Source: Sphaerodactylus townsendi (taxonomy: Eukaryota). From it: a stretch of DNA of 64,000 bases. The stretch is taken from the NCBI RefSeq assembly GCF_021028975.2, contig NC_059437.1, positions 31,930,001 through 31,994,000 on the forward strand. The letters run 5' to 3'. A program made the translations under genes and the position numbers. Shown in pieces: positions 31,801-44,588 of this stretch; the stretch's first letter is position 1; each line of letters begins with the position of its first letter. Below the pieces are notes generated by a model, which was not told the origin of the DNA, did not search any database, and saw nothing but the letters and a program-made list of their open reading frames with translations.

Positions 31801-34800
31801 TTAGTCCTAGCAGTTCCATCCTGGAACATCACCTGCCCCGGATCTGGTCAGTTTCATTCACTCACCTCTCCATACGCATCAGGATGAAGATGAGCAGGAG
31901 CAGGAGCAAAAGGGAGACAAATGGGATCAGAACATTCTGGATCCAGAACCACATGGACTTAACCTCTTCTTCAGGGCCTGCAAAGGACAGCCACCCAGAG
32001 ATTATTCGAAACAGGGCGAGCCTCACCTGGGGATTTCTGTCTTTTGCAATCTCTGAAAGGATGCTGGCTGTACCAGAGTCTGTGATGTTTCTGTACTCTA
32101 CCTTGCTCTATACCAAATAAATATAAAAGAACAGTAGCCACGGGGTTGCACTCCTGAAACTCCCATCTAAATATTTGCAGCAGGGCTCCTCACTGATTAA
32201 TTCTGGTCCCACCAGCTCAACAGCATAAAAATCTTTTTAATTCACCAGTTCAATTAATGATGCTGAAAACACTGGCACAGGCTAGCCATATAACAAAATT
32301 TCTGGGGAAAACCCTGCTTAGAGTGAAAGCCATGAGGTCCCACTATGGCCTAGTCCAGCAGAGCCCTTTGGCTACTTACAGCATAGAAGCTGGTGCTTCC
32401 ATCGCCAGCTTCTATGCCTGAAATATGATGACAGCTTGCTGTTTTTCTTTTTGCAGTTTCTGAGAAAGACATCCTTTGCCCGCAAACAATAAACAAACAG
32501 GGATCTATCATTCAGGGACTCAGAGATGGATCGTAAAGTTGCACACTCTGCATAGCCCCAGCAGGTGGAGATGGTTCTATCAGACAAGTCATTCAGAGTA
32601 CATGCACCGGGAAGTTCCATGGAGGCAACTCTGCTTAGTATTTGACACATAGCTAAGCCAGGGTAAAGGAAATGCTGACAGTGACACACGCATTACTCTC
32701 TGGGGTAGAACTCTCCTTCCCATCATTCTGCAAAGGAGTGGAAGTGTGCAATCACAATAAAAACCTAGATTAAAAATATTATCAGCAGGCTGCTACCGTT
32801 TGTGGGGTTTTTTGCAACCAGCTCCTACCAAAGGAAGGTTGTTTGGCATTATCAGAATGTGTCAAAACCACATGAGAAAAAAGCAGCACGAAAAGCAGTC
32901 CTTCGTGCAAAGGTCATCACATTTCCTCCCGCAAAGGCCCTTTTTTGCTGAGCCTCCCCATCCCGGCAGCCTCTCTCGCTGTCTCCTCCACCCCTGGCCT
33001 GCATGCTTTGTTCTCTCCCTGCCTGGCCTTTCTGCACACAACACTCCCACGTGTTGGAGTGTGCCTCGCTGCACAAGCTCAGTTTCCATCACTGATTTGA
33101 AACAGCCCCAGAGCAGCTAATGCTGTACAGCATCAAGTGCTGAAAGAGTGGCTGCAAGTATAGCAGTAGGGCAAGGCACTGAACACTCCCCAGTAAACCG
33201 TTTGAGAGCAGCAAGTGGCCCTAAGTTCACCTAGCAAATCCTCTTAGTCTGATCTGGGACTGTTTGCCTCGGCCTTAGCAAATCTGTGTGCGCACTGTGA
33301 TAACACTGCATTCCTTACAGTACCAACAAATGTCTCTGAAAATGCAGTCCTATGGTTCTATGCCATCTGGAGAGGATTGGGACAACAACCAAGGACCACA
33401 GACTGGTGCATCTTGGAGATATGTCACTGTATTTTTACAAGAGAGTGGAATGTTACAACAGCATATCTCTGAAATTGGCACAATTCTGCCAACGCAGGGG
33501 CCAGAACTGGGTGAAACCAGGGGGTGATCAGAGGTGCACTAGCACTTAGTATACTAAGCTCTCTACAACCCAAATTCCATCTCTAACTTTAGCTTATTGT
33601 CGTGCTGGGGAAAGCCAAAGTATTCCCACTGAACTCAATAAGTGGGAAAAACAACTGCTCTCTCCGCTGCCTCTTACCCACTTGTACAGCCATTATTGAG
33701 CACTAGATTCTAACTCTGCAGTCAGTCATCATTCATTTATATAACTGGATAAATATTCTAGCCAGGACAGCCACCAGATGAGAAGGTGAGGTGTATGGCA
33801 TACAGCTCTCTTGGGCTCATTCCGCACTTGCAGAATAATGCACTTTCAAACTGCTTTCAGTCCTTTTTGAAGCTGTGCAGAATAGCAAAATCCACTTGCA
33901 AACAGTTGTGAAAGTGGTTTGAAAGTGCATTATTTTGCGTGTGCAGAAGGGGCCTAGGCCTCATGTTATAGAAACTTCAAACCATCAAGAAGAGGCTTTC
34001 CTGTGATAGGAAATTTAACCGAAGAGAATGGATACTTGGCATAAACAGCCAAGGCTCCACCACATTTGGGGAGTTTTAATCCCCTGAATTTTTAAAGAAT
34101 TCAGAGTTTTCTTGGGTCTTTCTTCAGATCAGTAAGCAAGTGCCCCCTCTATCCATCCCTAGCTCCCTTTTATGGATCTATTAATCCACATTCTGCCGGG
34201 TTCAGAATTAGATACGAAGTGTGAAGTGCACTGACTATTAAAAGTGCTAAGTAAAGGGCAAATATTGCTAAGGCTGATATATAACCTCTTTTCCTAGGGT
34301 TGCCAACTTTTACATCAGTCCCTCTAGCTGTCCTTTTAATATCACTTTGATCTGCAGCAAGTTCTAGGTGATGTTATTTGCAACCTTGTCGTGAAAAACT
34401 TCACGTGCCCATTCAAATAAACACGTCTCGCCTCTATTGGAAAGATACTACAGTTCTCTTTAGAGTCTAGACCCATTGGCAACCCTACTCCATGAGATGC
34501 ATACGAACCTCAGTCTGTCTGTGCCTTTTAGAAATCTGGCTAAGAATTATTTACATGAAATCCCCAGGACTCATAGAAATGCAAGTGGGCTCCACTTGGA
34601 CACTTGGAAATGTGCCTGCCCTGCTCCCACCAGAGAGGAGGACAAAACAGATTCTCAACTGCACACATCATTCCACACTGTGCCATCTTACTGTGACATG
34701 CCTTTGAAGATGCCAGAAACAGATGCAGGTGAAACATTGGGAGCTAAAACCACCAGGTCACAGTTCACAGCTCAGAAGACCCACAACAGTCAATTATATA

Positions 34801-37800
34801 TATTTTCTTTGCACTCCATAAAAGACCTTCATACCTTTCCTGGTGATATTTGGCCCCCAAAAGACAGGGCCTGCTGTCAAACTCCAAAGCTCAGTGGTCC
34901 CACATTGAGAGTCTATTTTACTCTTCACATAGAAGGCATAGCGTTTCTCTGGATCCACACTGGGTAAGATGAACTTCATCTCTCCTGTTCGTGAATTCTG
35001 GAAGGCAATATAGAAGAGGTATGGAAACAGTGGTTACCTCTATCAGCCCAGCTGATTAAGCAGTCAGGTGACCTCAGTTCTTTAGAAGGGGAATACCATG
35101 TTATGTCCTGACCTGCTCTTTGACCTTTACTTGCTCTGGTCTGCAGTACATTATGGGTGTTTGAGATAATAATAATGAGATGATGGCAGGTAAGAATATG
35201 AAGGCTTTATGGGGTGTTACAGTTGTAAAAGGCCAAACTATTTCCTGATAAATATGGAGCAGGGAAATGCTAAAGAGAAGCCACAAATACTATATTTGTT
35301 GGGGGACACTGAACGGCAACATTAGAGATGTACTCTTTTTTTTTTTGAAACAACGAAATCACAGAAAAATAACTCCCCAATCTGTGATCTGAAAAGCAAA
35401 ACAAAACACACAACTGGAAATTTGGGCAAAAGTTGAAGAGTATGTAGCATTGACTTGCTGATCAATACCCAACTTAGCTGTGACCTTTCAGCTCGGAAAT
35501 ATCAGATATTTAATTCTGAACTTGGCCTTTGAGTACAAATCAAAACTTCCACATAATGGAGCCAAGCACAGAAAGACAAGAAGTTTCTTCAAACTTGGGA
35601 AAGCCCCCAGATTTGCAGGAAAATCCTCAAACAAATAAAAAAGAAGGTGGGGGGACTCAAAGTCTTGTGAGACTCTTCTGTTGCACCCTGGACAGAAGTA
35701 GCTGGGGGCAGAAAGTGTGCTTCCATTGCAAGTATCCCTCCATCAGCTGGAGGAGGGCTCAAGAAGGAAAGCACATCTGGAACACTGTTTGCTCCAAGCC
35801 AAGTTGCCTGATTAGATGTCTGGAGCTATCTGGAGTAGGGAGGCTTAGAGGAGAACATGGGATGTTCCCTCCCTAGCAAGTATTCACAAGATTCCTGGTG
35901 GTTTTGTGTAGCAGCAGACTCAGCTACAAGAACATAGATGCTTCTGGGAAGTTCAGTTACATTTGAGAATCAGTATCCCTCCAAGATCAAGATTCTGTCA
36001 AACTCCAATTATTAGAGGTTACAGAATAAAACACAAGTGCAGGGAGAGCCCTGTGCCTTTCTGAAAGTTTTCCATATTTTCCCAGGTCACTCTCTATAAC
36101 CTACAGTGGAAAAGCCAAGAACGAACGCTGCCAACTTCAGGTTGGGTGGAGCTTGGGAAGATAAGATTTGGAGAGGCCAGGAACCTTAGCAGGCTATAAT
36201 GGCATAGTCTATCCTCTGAAACAGCCATTTTCTCCAGGGGAGAAATGGAGATCAGTTGTAATTCTCAAAAATCTCCTGGCTCCACCTGGAGACTGACAAC
36301 CCCAGGGTTGGAGGCATTTGTGCTCGCTTCAGACCCAGTGGGTGTTGGTTGCCCAATTAGAAAGCTGCCACCTACAGTAACAATATCATCCCTTCACCAC
36401 CCTGAACTGTTCTCAGCAGGACAAGGAGAAGAGCCAGTACCTTCCGTTCAGTGTCTGTGTTGCTCTCGTACTCCACCATGTGCTCCAGACAGTGTGTGGC
36501 TTTGTATGTTGAGCCCCAAGTCACAAGCAGCTGGTTGTTTCCTAAATTCTGGACGGTGAGGTTAACAGGTGGATTGGGTTTCACTAGAAGAGAAAAAGGT
36601 GGGCTGTCTAGATTCTGAGGTGCTTTTGACCATGCCTTTTGGTATTGCTACTTGGAATTTCTGGGTTTCCCTCCTTGCCACCTAACCCTACTGCAACATA
36701 CATTGCTTTTTCATGGAGCTCTTTCTCCACACTCCCTCCCAAATGGCAGCAGATGTAAAATTACAGTTTCTACATGAGATTATCACACTTCTGCCAGCAT
36801 TCTGAGTTTTCCTCAATTCTGCTGTAGATAGGGTTGCCAACTCTGAGTTGAAAAATTCCTGGAGATTTGGGGATACAGCTTGGGGAGTGCAGAGTTTAGG
36901 AATGGGAGGCACCTCCAGTGGTGGGATTCAAATTATTTATGTAGCCCTCATCTCCTATTAGCTCCCATTGGAAACAATGGGGGATGGGGTCCCCCTTTGG
37001 GGGTCCATATATTTGGACCCCCTCAACCAAACTTCACCAAACCTGGGTGGTATCATCAGGAGACTCTCCTACTGATATCACCCAGGTTTGGTGAAGTTTG
37101 GTTCAGGGGGTCCAAAGTTATGGACCCTCAAAAGTGTATCCCCCATCTCCTATTAGCTCCCATTGGAAACAATGGGGGATGGAGGCACCCCTTTTGGGAG
37201 TCCAAAACTTTGAACCCCCTGAACCAAACCTCACCTAACTTGGGTGGTATCATCAGGAGGGTCTCCTGAAAAATCCCTGAAATTATGGTGCTGCTAGTTT
37301 AAAAACTGCGCCCCCTGCTGGCCAAAAACTGAAAAAACACTAAAATACAAAACACACACAAATGAACCTGAAATTTTTGCGCCTTCCATTGGGGGGCGGG
37401 GGGCGCATGGGGACATAGGGTACCCCATGTTCCCTAGGTAAATACGCCACTGCATAGAAGTGCTGGCAACCCTAACTGAAGCTTAATGAGGAAGGTGCAA
37501 AGTGGACAGAGGGGTGAAAGGAGTTCTTCAGCCAAGGTGCCACTACAGAGAATGCCCTGCTCAACAGGGGCACACACCAGATGAACTCTGAAGACGTAGA
37601 CCTGAATGTTCAGGCACCAGTTGTCCTAGCTTACTGTCCAGTAACATTCCGGGGGGGGGGGTTCTCCCCTCTTTTCCTGCTTTGCACCTGGGAAATCACG
37701 AAGGAAGTGCTATCTTAAACCAAGTAACCATAAGCCTTTGGAGTCTGTACCTATGCTTGCTGTATTTAGCATGGCTATCAACCAGAATCTCCAGTAACAG

Positions 37801-40522
37801 TAAGTTGCTATGCCTTAGCTGTGACTTGTGCTAGACTCCTGTCCTAGAGAGAGAATCCAAATGGTTTAGCGGCTAACCTTTTTAGGGATATTTGTGTCAG
37901 GGATGCTTTTAAGATATGGAAGAGAGTTTGTCACCTTGACAGAAGGCCCCAGTACAGCAGGGCCGTGATTTTGTGTCTCATTCCTCTAGAGCTATGGGCC
38001 ATGTTAGAGTTTGGTCCTCTAGGACAACATACCTAGGTTGAGCAGGAACATGGGGCTTCCGCTGGAGAGGCTGCTGCCATCGTTGCTTGTATTGACATAA
38101 ACATTGAAGGACATATATTGAATCTGGCTTCTGTTGAACCAGCATCCTTTGTTAACACCATCACTTTGGAGGTAATGCTTGCACTCCACCATTGGATTTT
38201 TTGCATACCTAAGTAAAAAAGATAAGAAGAAAGAGGGTTGGTGTGAACCTTCCTATGCTGTTCTAGGGAGCCTGCAGAGATCCCCATCTACAGGGCAACA
38301 GTCTTGCCCAAGGAGGCTGCAGCTTCCCAGCAATCTCCACGGTCAGCTCTGTCTCAGACAAGGCCAGGGGAACCTAACCTTGTTGAATCTGCAGGCATTT
38401 TTAGAATTTAAAGAAAGGCTAGTGGGCACCACCATAAAATGGCTGACATGGGGATAGTGAGTCTGGTCACAAAATGCTGCCTCCTTTTGTTGCTCCTGGC
38501 ATTATTTTCACTGTGGAAATAATTTGGTCTGATGTAGGTTCTCCAACCAGGGAGACTACTAGGGACAACATTCAGTGGTGGAGCTACAAGGGGACGGGGG
38601 GCATTGCACCCCGCCCCTTTCCCCCTCACCCTGCCAGGCCTGGCCCTGCCCCACCAGCCTGGCCCGTTTTCAACTGGCAGAAAGCTGTTTTCTGCCGGCT
38701 GGAGAAGGTAAAGGGGGCCCCTGCAGGGGGGCGGAAAAAATGGAGTGGTCACACTCCTGCCCAGCTACGATTCTGACAACTCTGCAGAGGAAGGCCATGG
38801 CAAACCACACTTGCTTCTCACTTATCTTGAAAGCTCCTTGCTGGGGTCGCCATAACTTGCCTGCAGTTTGGGTGGCACTTTATACACACCCACACCCACA
38901 GATTCTCCAACCACACTAGCACTTTGAAGGCAGGTTTTCAAACTCATAAGAAAATGTGTGTCTCTGGCCAAGCTGAAGGCGCATGGCTGTGATGTGCCTG
39001 ACTGATAGGAGCTCCGCTTTTTGCTACTCAGCCAACTGGCAGGGAACCGTCTGAAGCTCCCTCGTTTATTTCTTTTATGCTCAACTCTAGACCCTGTAGA
39101 TTTTATCACCAAGACTGAAAAAGCAAACGAGTGCCAGAAGATGATATCAGGCACTGTGGTACCCATGGGCGCCATCTTGAGGAGTTGTTGTACTAGACTA
39201 ACTTTGAAAACCTAAGCTAAACAAAACAAAAAGAGCTCAAGGGACATTAAGCAGAGAAAATGCAGAGGAAAATGTTCCAGCCACTGTGCAATCAACCAGT
39301 ATCTGAGCAACCGAAGACTTTTCAGTGGTTGGAAATCTCTCGCACAAAGAATGTGGACAGGTATAAATTCTCCAACCACAGAAGCCTCAGGAAGGAAGAA
39401 GTTCTACCTGCTGTTGTGCTGTTGAATCTGGCAACCATATCGGTGCTGAGGCACCCCAATCCACATCAACAATGATCAAAGCCACCAAGGATCAGTTCCT
39501 TTAATGTATCTGCTGATCCCAGTGATCACTGACACTTTGTGATCCATAGGTGCATAGCACGTTCTATGCAAAGCCTGCCATCTTTCCCCAGAGATCACCT
39601 GTACCAATGGCATTGTTTATGTTCTAGGGGAGACTCTAACCCAGATGTGGACATGTGGCTGTTGGTTGGTTACCAAAGAAGTTTGCTGCACAATCAGAAG
39701 AAATGCAGCCAAGGTGGGGGAGGGCTGTTGGATCTGGGGGACAGGCAAGAAGAAGGGGTCCCTCGGGCAATATGGCAAAAGGGGCATACCAGTAGTACAG
39801 AGAGTAATTCATGGCTGGTTTCTGGCTGCTGTCCCACTCACAGATCATGTAGTCATCATTATAGACTATGCAGTTCACATCTGTAAAAAAGAGCCCAGAA
39901 GGCCTAAGTGAGTTTCTTTCTTTTGTTTCTATTTTTTTATTTTCTTTCAATGCACTGTGCAGCTGGATTTTAGAAGAAGAAGAAGAAGAAGAGTTTGGAT
40001 TTATATCCCCCCTTTCTCTCCTGCAGGAGACTCAAAGGGGCTTACAATCTCCTTGCCCTTCCCCCCTCACAACAAACACCCTGTGAGGTAGGTGGGGCTG
40101 AGAGAGCTCCGAGAAGCTGTGACTAGCCCAAGATCACCCAGCTGGCATGTGTGGGAGTGCACAGGCTAATCTGAATTCCCCAGATAAGCCTCCACATCTC
40201 AGGCGGCAGAGCGGGGAATCAAACCCGGTTCCTCCAGATTAGATACACGAGCTCTTAACCTCCTACGCCACTGCTGTTGAATAGGCCCATGTCTAAGAGT
40301 TTGTGGATGTGCTCAAATAAAAACTCCAAACCTTTGCCAGGTGAGGTTCCTTCACTATCCACCCTTCTGCCTTCTCTGTGAGCTGCTTGGAGTGGTGGTG
40401 GGGGGGGGGAGGGGGGAGGGATGTTTACCTTGAGGCTTAGTTGTGGCTGCATTTCGCTTGCTCAAGCTCACGAACAGCAAGGCCAGCATCAGAAACATCT
40501 TGGGTTCCTTGCAGACATCCAT
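28695..40522 (-). CDS. IL2RG: Interleukin-2 receptor common gamma chain; 8 exons, 349 aa
   Basis: Exons 40522-40429, 39880-39790, 38208-38033, 36583-36441, 34997-34835, 31977-31866, 30925-30841, 28880-28695. All GT-AG, total 1050 nt. Signal peptide, C-x9-C-x-W cytokine-receptor motif, VKP.PP.NLT, LPSVD..K.Y.F.V, TM segment, Box1 MPRIP. Head-to-head with MED12 as in human. Confidence 0.93.
28933..30046 (+). mobile_element. CR1 LINE, 5'-truncated (RT C-terminal half plus 3'UTR), in IL2RG intron 7
   Basis: PQGSVLGPVLFNLFINDL...KFADDTKL RT motif, VRPHLEYCVQFWSPH, (GTTCTTAT)n tail; several stops/frameshifts. Confidence 0.95.
30841..30925 (-). CDS. IL2RG: IL2RG exon 7 (Box1, VWVVLMPRIPNPSHKFEELFTAYQGNFS)
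   Basis: 85 nt, AG/GT bounded. Confidence 0.93.
31866..31977 (-). CDS. IL2RG: IL2RG exon 6 (transmembrane)
   Basis: 112 nt, VLIPFVSLLLLLLLIFILMRMER. Confidence 0.92.
33814..33954. mobile_element. Second copy of the 141-bp Harbinger-like MITE
   Basis: Near-identical to 26433-26573. Confidence 0.8.
34835..34997 (-). CDS. IL2RG: IL2RG exon 5 (LPSVDPEKRYAFYVKSK...WSLTAGPVFWG)
   Basis: 163 nt, WSXWS-position exon. Confidence 0.93.
36441..36583 (-). CDS. IL2RG: IL2RG exon 4 (VKPNPPVNLT...CLEHMVEY)
   Basis: 143 nt, start of second FNIII domain. Confidence 0.93.
36829..37474. mobile_element. TAGGGTTGCCA-TIR DNA element with a nested CAGTG...CACTG element (36916-37452) containing a ~195-bp internal tandem duplication
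   Basis: Outer TIR TAGGGTTGCCA/TGGCAACCCTA; unit ATCTCCTATTAGCTCCCATTGGAAACAATGGGG occurs twice. Related TIR elements at ~18218-18424, ~30262-30440, ~36126-36305. Confidence 0.65.
38033..38208 (-). CDS. IL2RG: IL2RG exon 3 (YAKNPMVECKHYL...GCWF...)
   Basis: 176 nt, second Cys pair. Confidence 0.9.
39790..39880 (-). CDS. IL2RG: IL2RG exon 2 (DVNCIVYNDDYMICEW...NYSLYYW)
   Basis: 91 nt, conserved Cys pair and Trp. Confidence 0.93.
39973..40276 (-). mobile_element. tRNA-derived SINE, same family, in IL2RG intron 1
   Basis: Reverse complement of 1815-2113, (GAA)n tail. Confidence 0.85.
40429..40522 (-). CDS. IL2RG: IL2RG exon 1 (signal peptide)
   Basis: MDVCKEPKMFLMLALLFVSLS..., G|GTAAAC donor; the true start could be the second Met. 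Confidence 0.8.
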
Positions 40523-40599
40523 TCCTTTTGTACTGGGCCCAACGTGGTAAGAGAGGAGGGTGCTGTGCAGAAGAGCTTCATGCGCAGAATGGAAGGCCA

Positions 40600-40680
40600 A
40601 GCAGGAGGGATGTGGTTTTGAGGCTGATCTTGGGCTCAATGATACTCGACTTCCGCCTATCATGGCTTCCTGTGAAAATC
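40600..40680 (-). promoter_or_regulatory. IL2RG proximal promoter with Ets (GGAA) and RUNX motifs
   Basis: TGTGGTT at 40611, ACTTCCG at 40649 and CTTCCTG at 40666, about 90-150 nt upstream of the ATG; the mammalian IL2RG promoter is Ets-dependent. Confidence 0.5.
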
Positions 40681-41380
40681 CCCAGCCTTTTGCTGTGAGA
40701 AGTTTTTGATAGAGGGACCGAAGACTCCTGAGTCAGCAGATAAAATCTCCCAACAGATTTGGGCAGGCCACATACTAAAATACCTGTTCTAGGAGACAAT
40801 ATAGCCAATGGCCAGAGTGAAGGAATGTGACGACACTGCTTCTCCCACTCTCTTTCAGGCACCACCATATTGTGCTTTTGGGTCAGTTATTGATGATACA
40901 GGTACCTCAAGTGCCACGTCACTGTGGAGCATCCAGCAGGAAAATGACCTTGGCTGGAGCTGTCATGGGGTTTAGGGTTGTCAGCTGCTGGCTGGCAACC
41001 AGAGAGCAATAGTGGGGTTGGGGCCTGGCTGACCACCAGAGGGTGATGGAGGTGAGGTAAAGGCAGGGCTGTAGAGTTTCTGGTGATTCCTAGAGCTGTG
41101 TGACATGACACCATGTATACCACTGGCAATTTATTTTCTCCCACCAGTGCTTGGAGCAGCGAAGGGAAGAAACGTTTGCCATCAATAGGTCTCCCTGTGA
41201 TAGGAGACCTGGCGACCCTTGGTGACCAAGTCCCTGCCCAAAGATCCGGCCTCTTCTATTATCTTGCAGAATTTCCTCTACCTGCACAATCCAATGTAGC
41301 AGCTTCATTGTTCCCAACAAGGTCTGTTGTCCAGATCTCCTTATCTAAGATCCATTGAACAGCTGCCCCATGTGGAACAG

Positions 41381-41781
41381 TGTTGGATATATAGTTACAG
41401 GAAATGCAGAGTTTGCGCAAATAAAGAAGAAGAGTCAGTTGCTTTAAGGTTAATTACGTTTACTAACTATAAAAGGGAAGGGTAACTGGGGTTTAAAACA
41501 ACAAATTACTTTCTAACTACCTAGCCACTTAAGCTAGCAACTTCTAGGTATCACATGGTATACTATAGGACTATGATCAGAGCATGATCAGGACTAGGAC
41601 TAACAAACAAAAAGGCAGATTCACCTATATCACCTTTGTTGGACATGCAGTCCATCATTCAAGCCATGCTGGATATCACTGACCAATTGATTGGTCACTC
41701 ACCTCCGTTAACTAATTGGCATGCATAACATTAACTCCTTCATTAGTGGATTGTGTGATTGGCACTTGCCAAATACCAACA
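41381..41781. mobile_element. Solo LTR (401 bp)
   Basis: TGTTGG...CCAACA inverted termini flanked by 5-bp TSD AACAG (41376-41380 and 41782-41786). Confidence 0.8.
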
Positions 41782-44525
41782 AACAGCCTCCAGCAAGAGG
41801 ACAGAAGGAAGATGATACTAAACAATGCAATTATTCCAGAAAACTGATTATTCCAGAAAACTAAATTTTAAAAAGACCAACTGAACCATTTGACTAAATC
41901 AACAGAAAGCACAAGATGACTTTAATAGGTTATGAGTGGAACAATCAGATTGTCTTGTTTCCTGACGGTTGTTTGTTCTGATAATTATCAGCAGGTTGGC
42001 ATCAATTCAGCATGAACTGCTAACTGTAGATCAAGGAACAGCTACAGTGATGGGTTCAAGAATCGGCAGTCCTAACTGTCATCCTTCTACTTGTGGGTTG
42101 GAGCCGGACAAACTGAACCCGAGGGACTGTGGAATGCTCTAAGGAAGCTGGAGACTTTCCTTGCAGGTTTTTTTTTCATTGCTGCATGATAAAATGCACT
42201 TGTCACTTCTGTCTCCCAGTGTGATAAATGATTTAATTTGTACCCAATTACAGCTCCATAGTGAATTCAGCTCTTGGAGTGTTAAAGCGTCATTAGCTGA
42301 ACACAGCTGCAGAAGCCCCAGTTAGGATCTACAAAGCAAGACCTCTGAGAAATATTGCAATGAAATATTATAAGTCAGACATCAGATCATTTGCCAGCAG
42401 AACAGACAGAGAGCTTATCTGGGTTAATGATTTTATTTAAAATAAAGCATAATTCTTTATATCAGGAAGGAACCTGACAAATATAAACAGGTGCAAATTA
42501 CTCCTATATATCCAGAAAAATGCATACAGTAAAAATAAGATATCCTAATATTTCTTAAACTTACCATAGCTAGATAATCATTACAATTCCCTAAGATTAT
42601 GGCAGATCAGGTTTTAAACTGATAGGCAGGATGTTGTGTAAAATGGGAAGCCCAGCTCACAAGATATGCATATCCAATGTAAAGTCTCCTTTTGCTAGAA
42701 GCCCCTATCAGAAAGGCAATTAGACTCTTATATGACATTTTTATACAGACAGTGACAATTAGGAACAGAGATAAATCTATTTAACTTTAACACATGTCTA
42801 ACAATTGGTCTCTAAATGGATGATGCAAATTAGTAGTACCAGGAAAACTAGGATACCTCTTGACAACTCTCATTAAATTCTCAAAACAAAGTTATGATAA
42901 AAATACTAATGTTCATAGCAAGAGAACAATAAGTCTATTGTTTCTTCAGCTACAGTAATGAACTGGCTGAGACACAGCCCTGAACTTGGGGTACTTTGCC
43001 CAACCAGTCGCTCAATCTTACACAGGTCATAACACTCCATAAGAATCCACAGGTTAACGTATCTACATAAGATTAAAATCATGACTGAGATCAGGCTAGG
43101 AATGGGATTGCCATGTTGTTCTTCCAGTATTTGCTCTTTAGCCTTTAGCAGAATCTGACACACTGATTATTAGAAGACTAAGCTTTTCCTAGCATGGTGG
43201 GAACAGTAATGGGAGAAGGATACATGACAGGTACAGGAGTGAGGCTAGCAGAAAGAGTTGGTATCCGTGCGCACAGCAAGAGCAATTGGCTGCTGAGAAT
43301 TACCCACTAGATGCCCTGCTCTGGAACTATCAAAAGGATGGATATACAAGTATATGCTTGAATTGAAGAAACTCTGCTTACATGGAATCTCTCTCCACTC
43401 AAGTACATAATTCAGCATCTGCAGCACAGAACAATTCCCAGGACTTCTACAGAGAGTTTTGGAAACCAGCAAGAGTTCACCAAATATCTCCAAGCTATTA
43501 TCCTGTTTAACAATCCTCTCTTAATTCTAAAGAAAGAACCAGTATATCATATATCAATAAATGCAAATAAAACACTTCTTCAGCCTACTGCAGCAATTTG
43601 CAGACTTTGCTTATTTTCTCTGAGACCTACTTGGAAGCATTCTCCCTAGTATTTACCAGTGTCTCCAGCCCACTCTCTTCAACAAGCTCTCCTGTATTAA
43701 TATGTGGGAGGCAGAACACTGGCCTCAATTTATGGGCACAAACACAAGGAAAGTGGTTGTGTTTTAATAGTAATAGCTTGTTTAATTGTTGATATTTAGA
43801 GGTTTGACCCATTAGGGAGACCATAGTGTGCTGCTGGACAGAATAGACTCGTTGATACTGAAAGGAAAAGACTGAATGGCCCAGTTGAGAGAATGAATAG
43901 AATTGTGTGTGTGCATGTCGCAGCCAACCCAGGGTGACCCCATAGGGTTTTCAAGGCAAGTGATTAAGCAGAGGCAATTTTCCACCAAAGTACCCTAAAA
44001 TCCCACAGACCATTCTAGAATCCAGTAGGATTCATTAGTCCTGATAGCTTCTAGGAGCTTCATGTTTCAAACTCCCAGCACAACCTCAACAGGCTAATCA
44101 TTTTGAATTCCAGAATGTCCCAGTGATTCTGGAATCCGATAGAATCTGAGTCCTTGTGAACCCTCTCCTATGGAATGTTACGACTACATTCATCCTTGTC
44201 TTGAATAGATATAGATGAGAGCATTGTACAGGGCAAACCTCTCTCCTCATAACCAAGAGTCCGTGCAAAAAATTAGGTCCAAAGTGTGACCTTTTTCATG
44301 TGTTGGGCCTGCCATGATTTGAAAGAGGCCCATAGCAGCCAAAGAGACCGGGGTAATATTGACTTTTTGCCATATAATGAACATCTGGCCTCCCATGGGT
44401 ACAAGTAAGGGGGAGGGGTGTGGGCTGAAGCCAACTGTAAGTTATAATGGTTCTTATTAATCGGATATTGGTTTTGTTAATTGTTTTAATGGCTAATGTT
44501 GGACACCACCCTGAGCCCTTTGATT

Positions 44526-44588
44526 AAACAAACAAACAAACAAACAAACAAACAAACAAACAAACAAACAAACAAACAAACAAACAAA
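44526..44588. repeat. (AAAC)n microsatellite
   Basis: About 15-16 perfect units. Confidence 0.97.

Noticed and set aside
32372-32689. 105-aa ORF in IL2RG intron 5 as an extra exon
   Set aside because: No recognisable homology or convincing splice boundaries.
41090-41320. VEEIL..RRGR peptide as a Gypsy chromodomain next to the LTR
   Set aside because: Key aromatic residues are absent, and the LTR has its own TSD on both sides, so it is solo.
41831-41862. Tandem TTATTCCAGAAAACT as STAT (GAS) sites upstream of IL2RG
   Set aside because: Spacing is TTC-N2-GAA, not the TTC-N3-GAA GAS consensus; likely a simple duplication.
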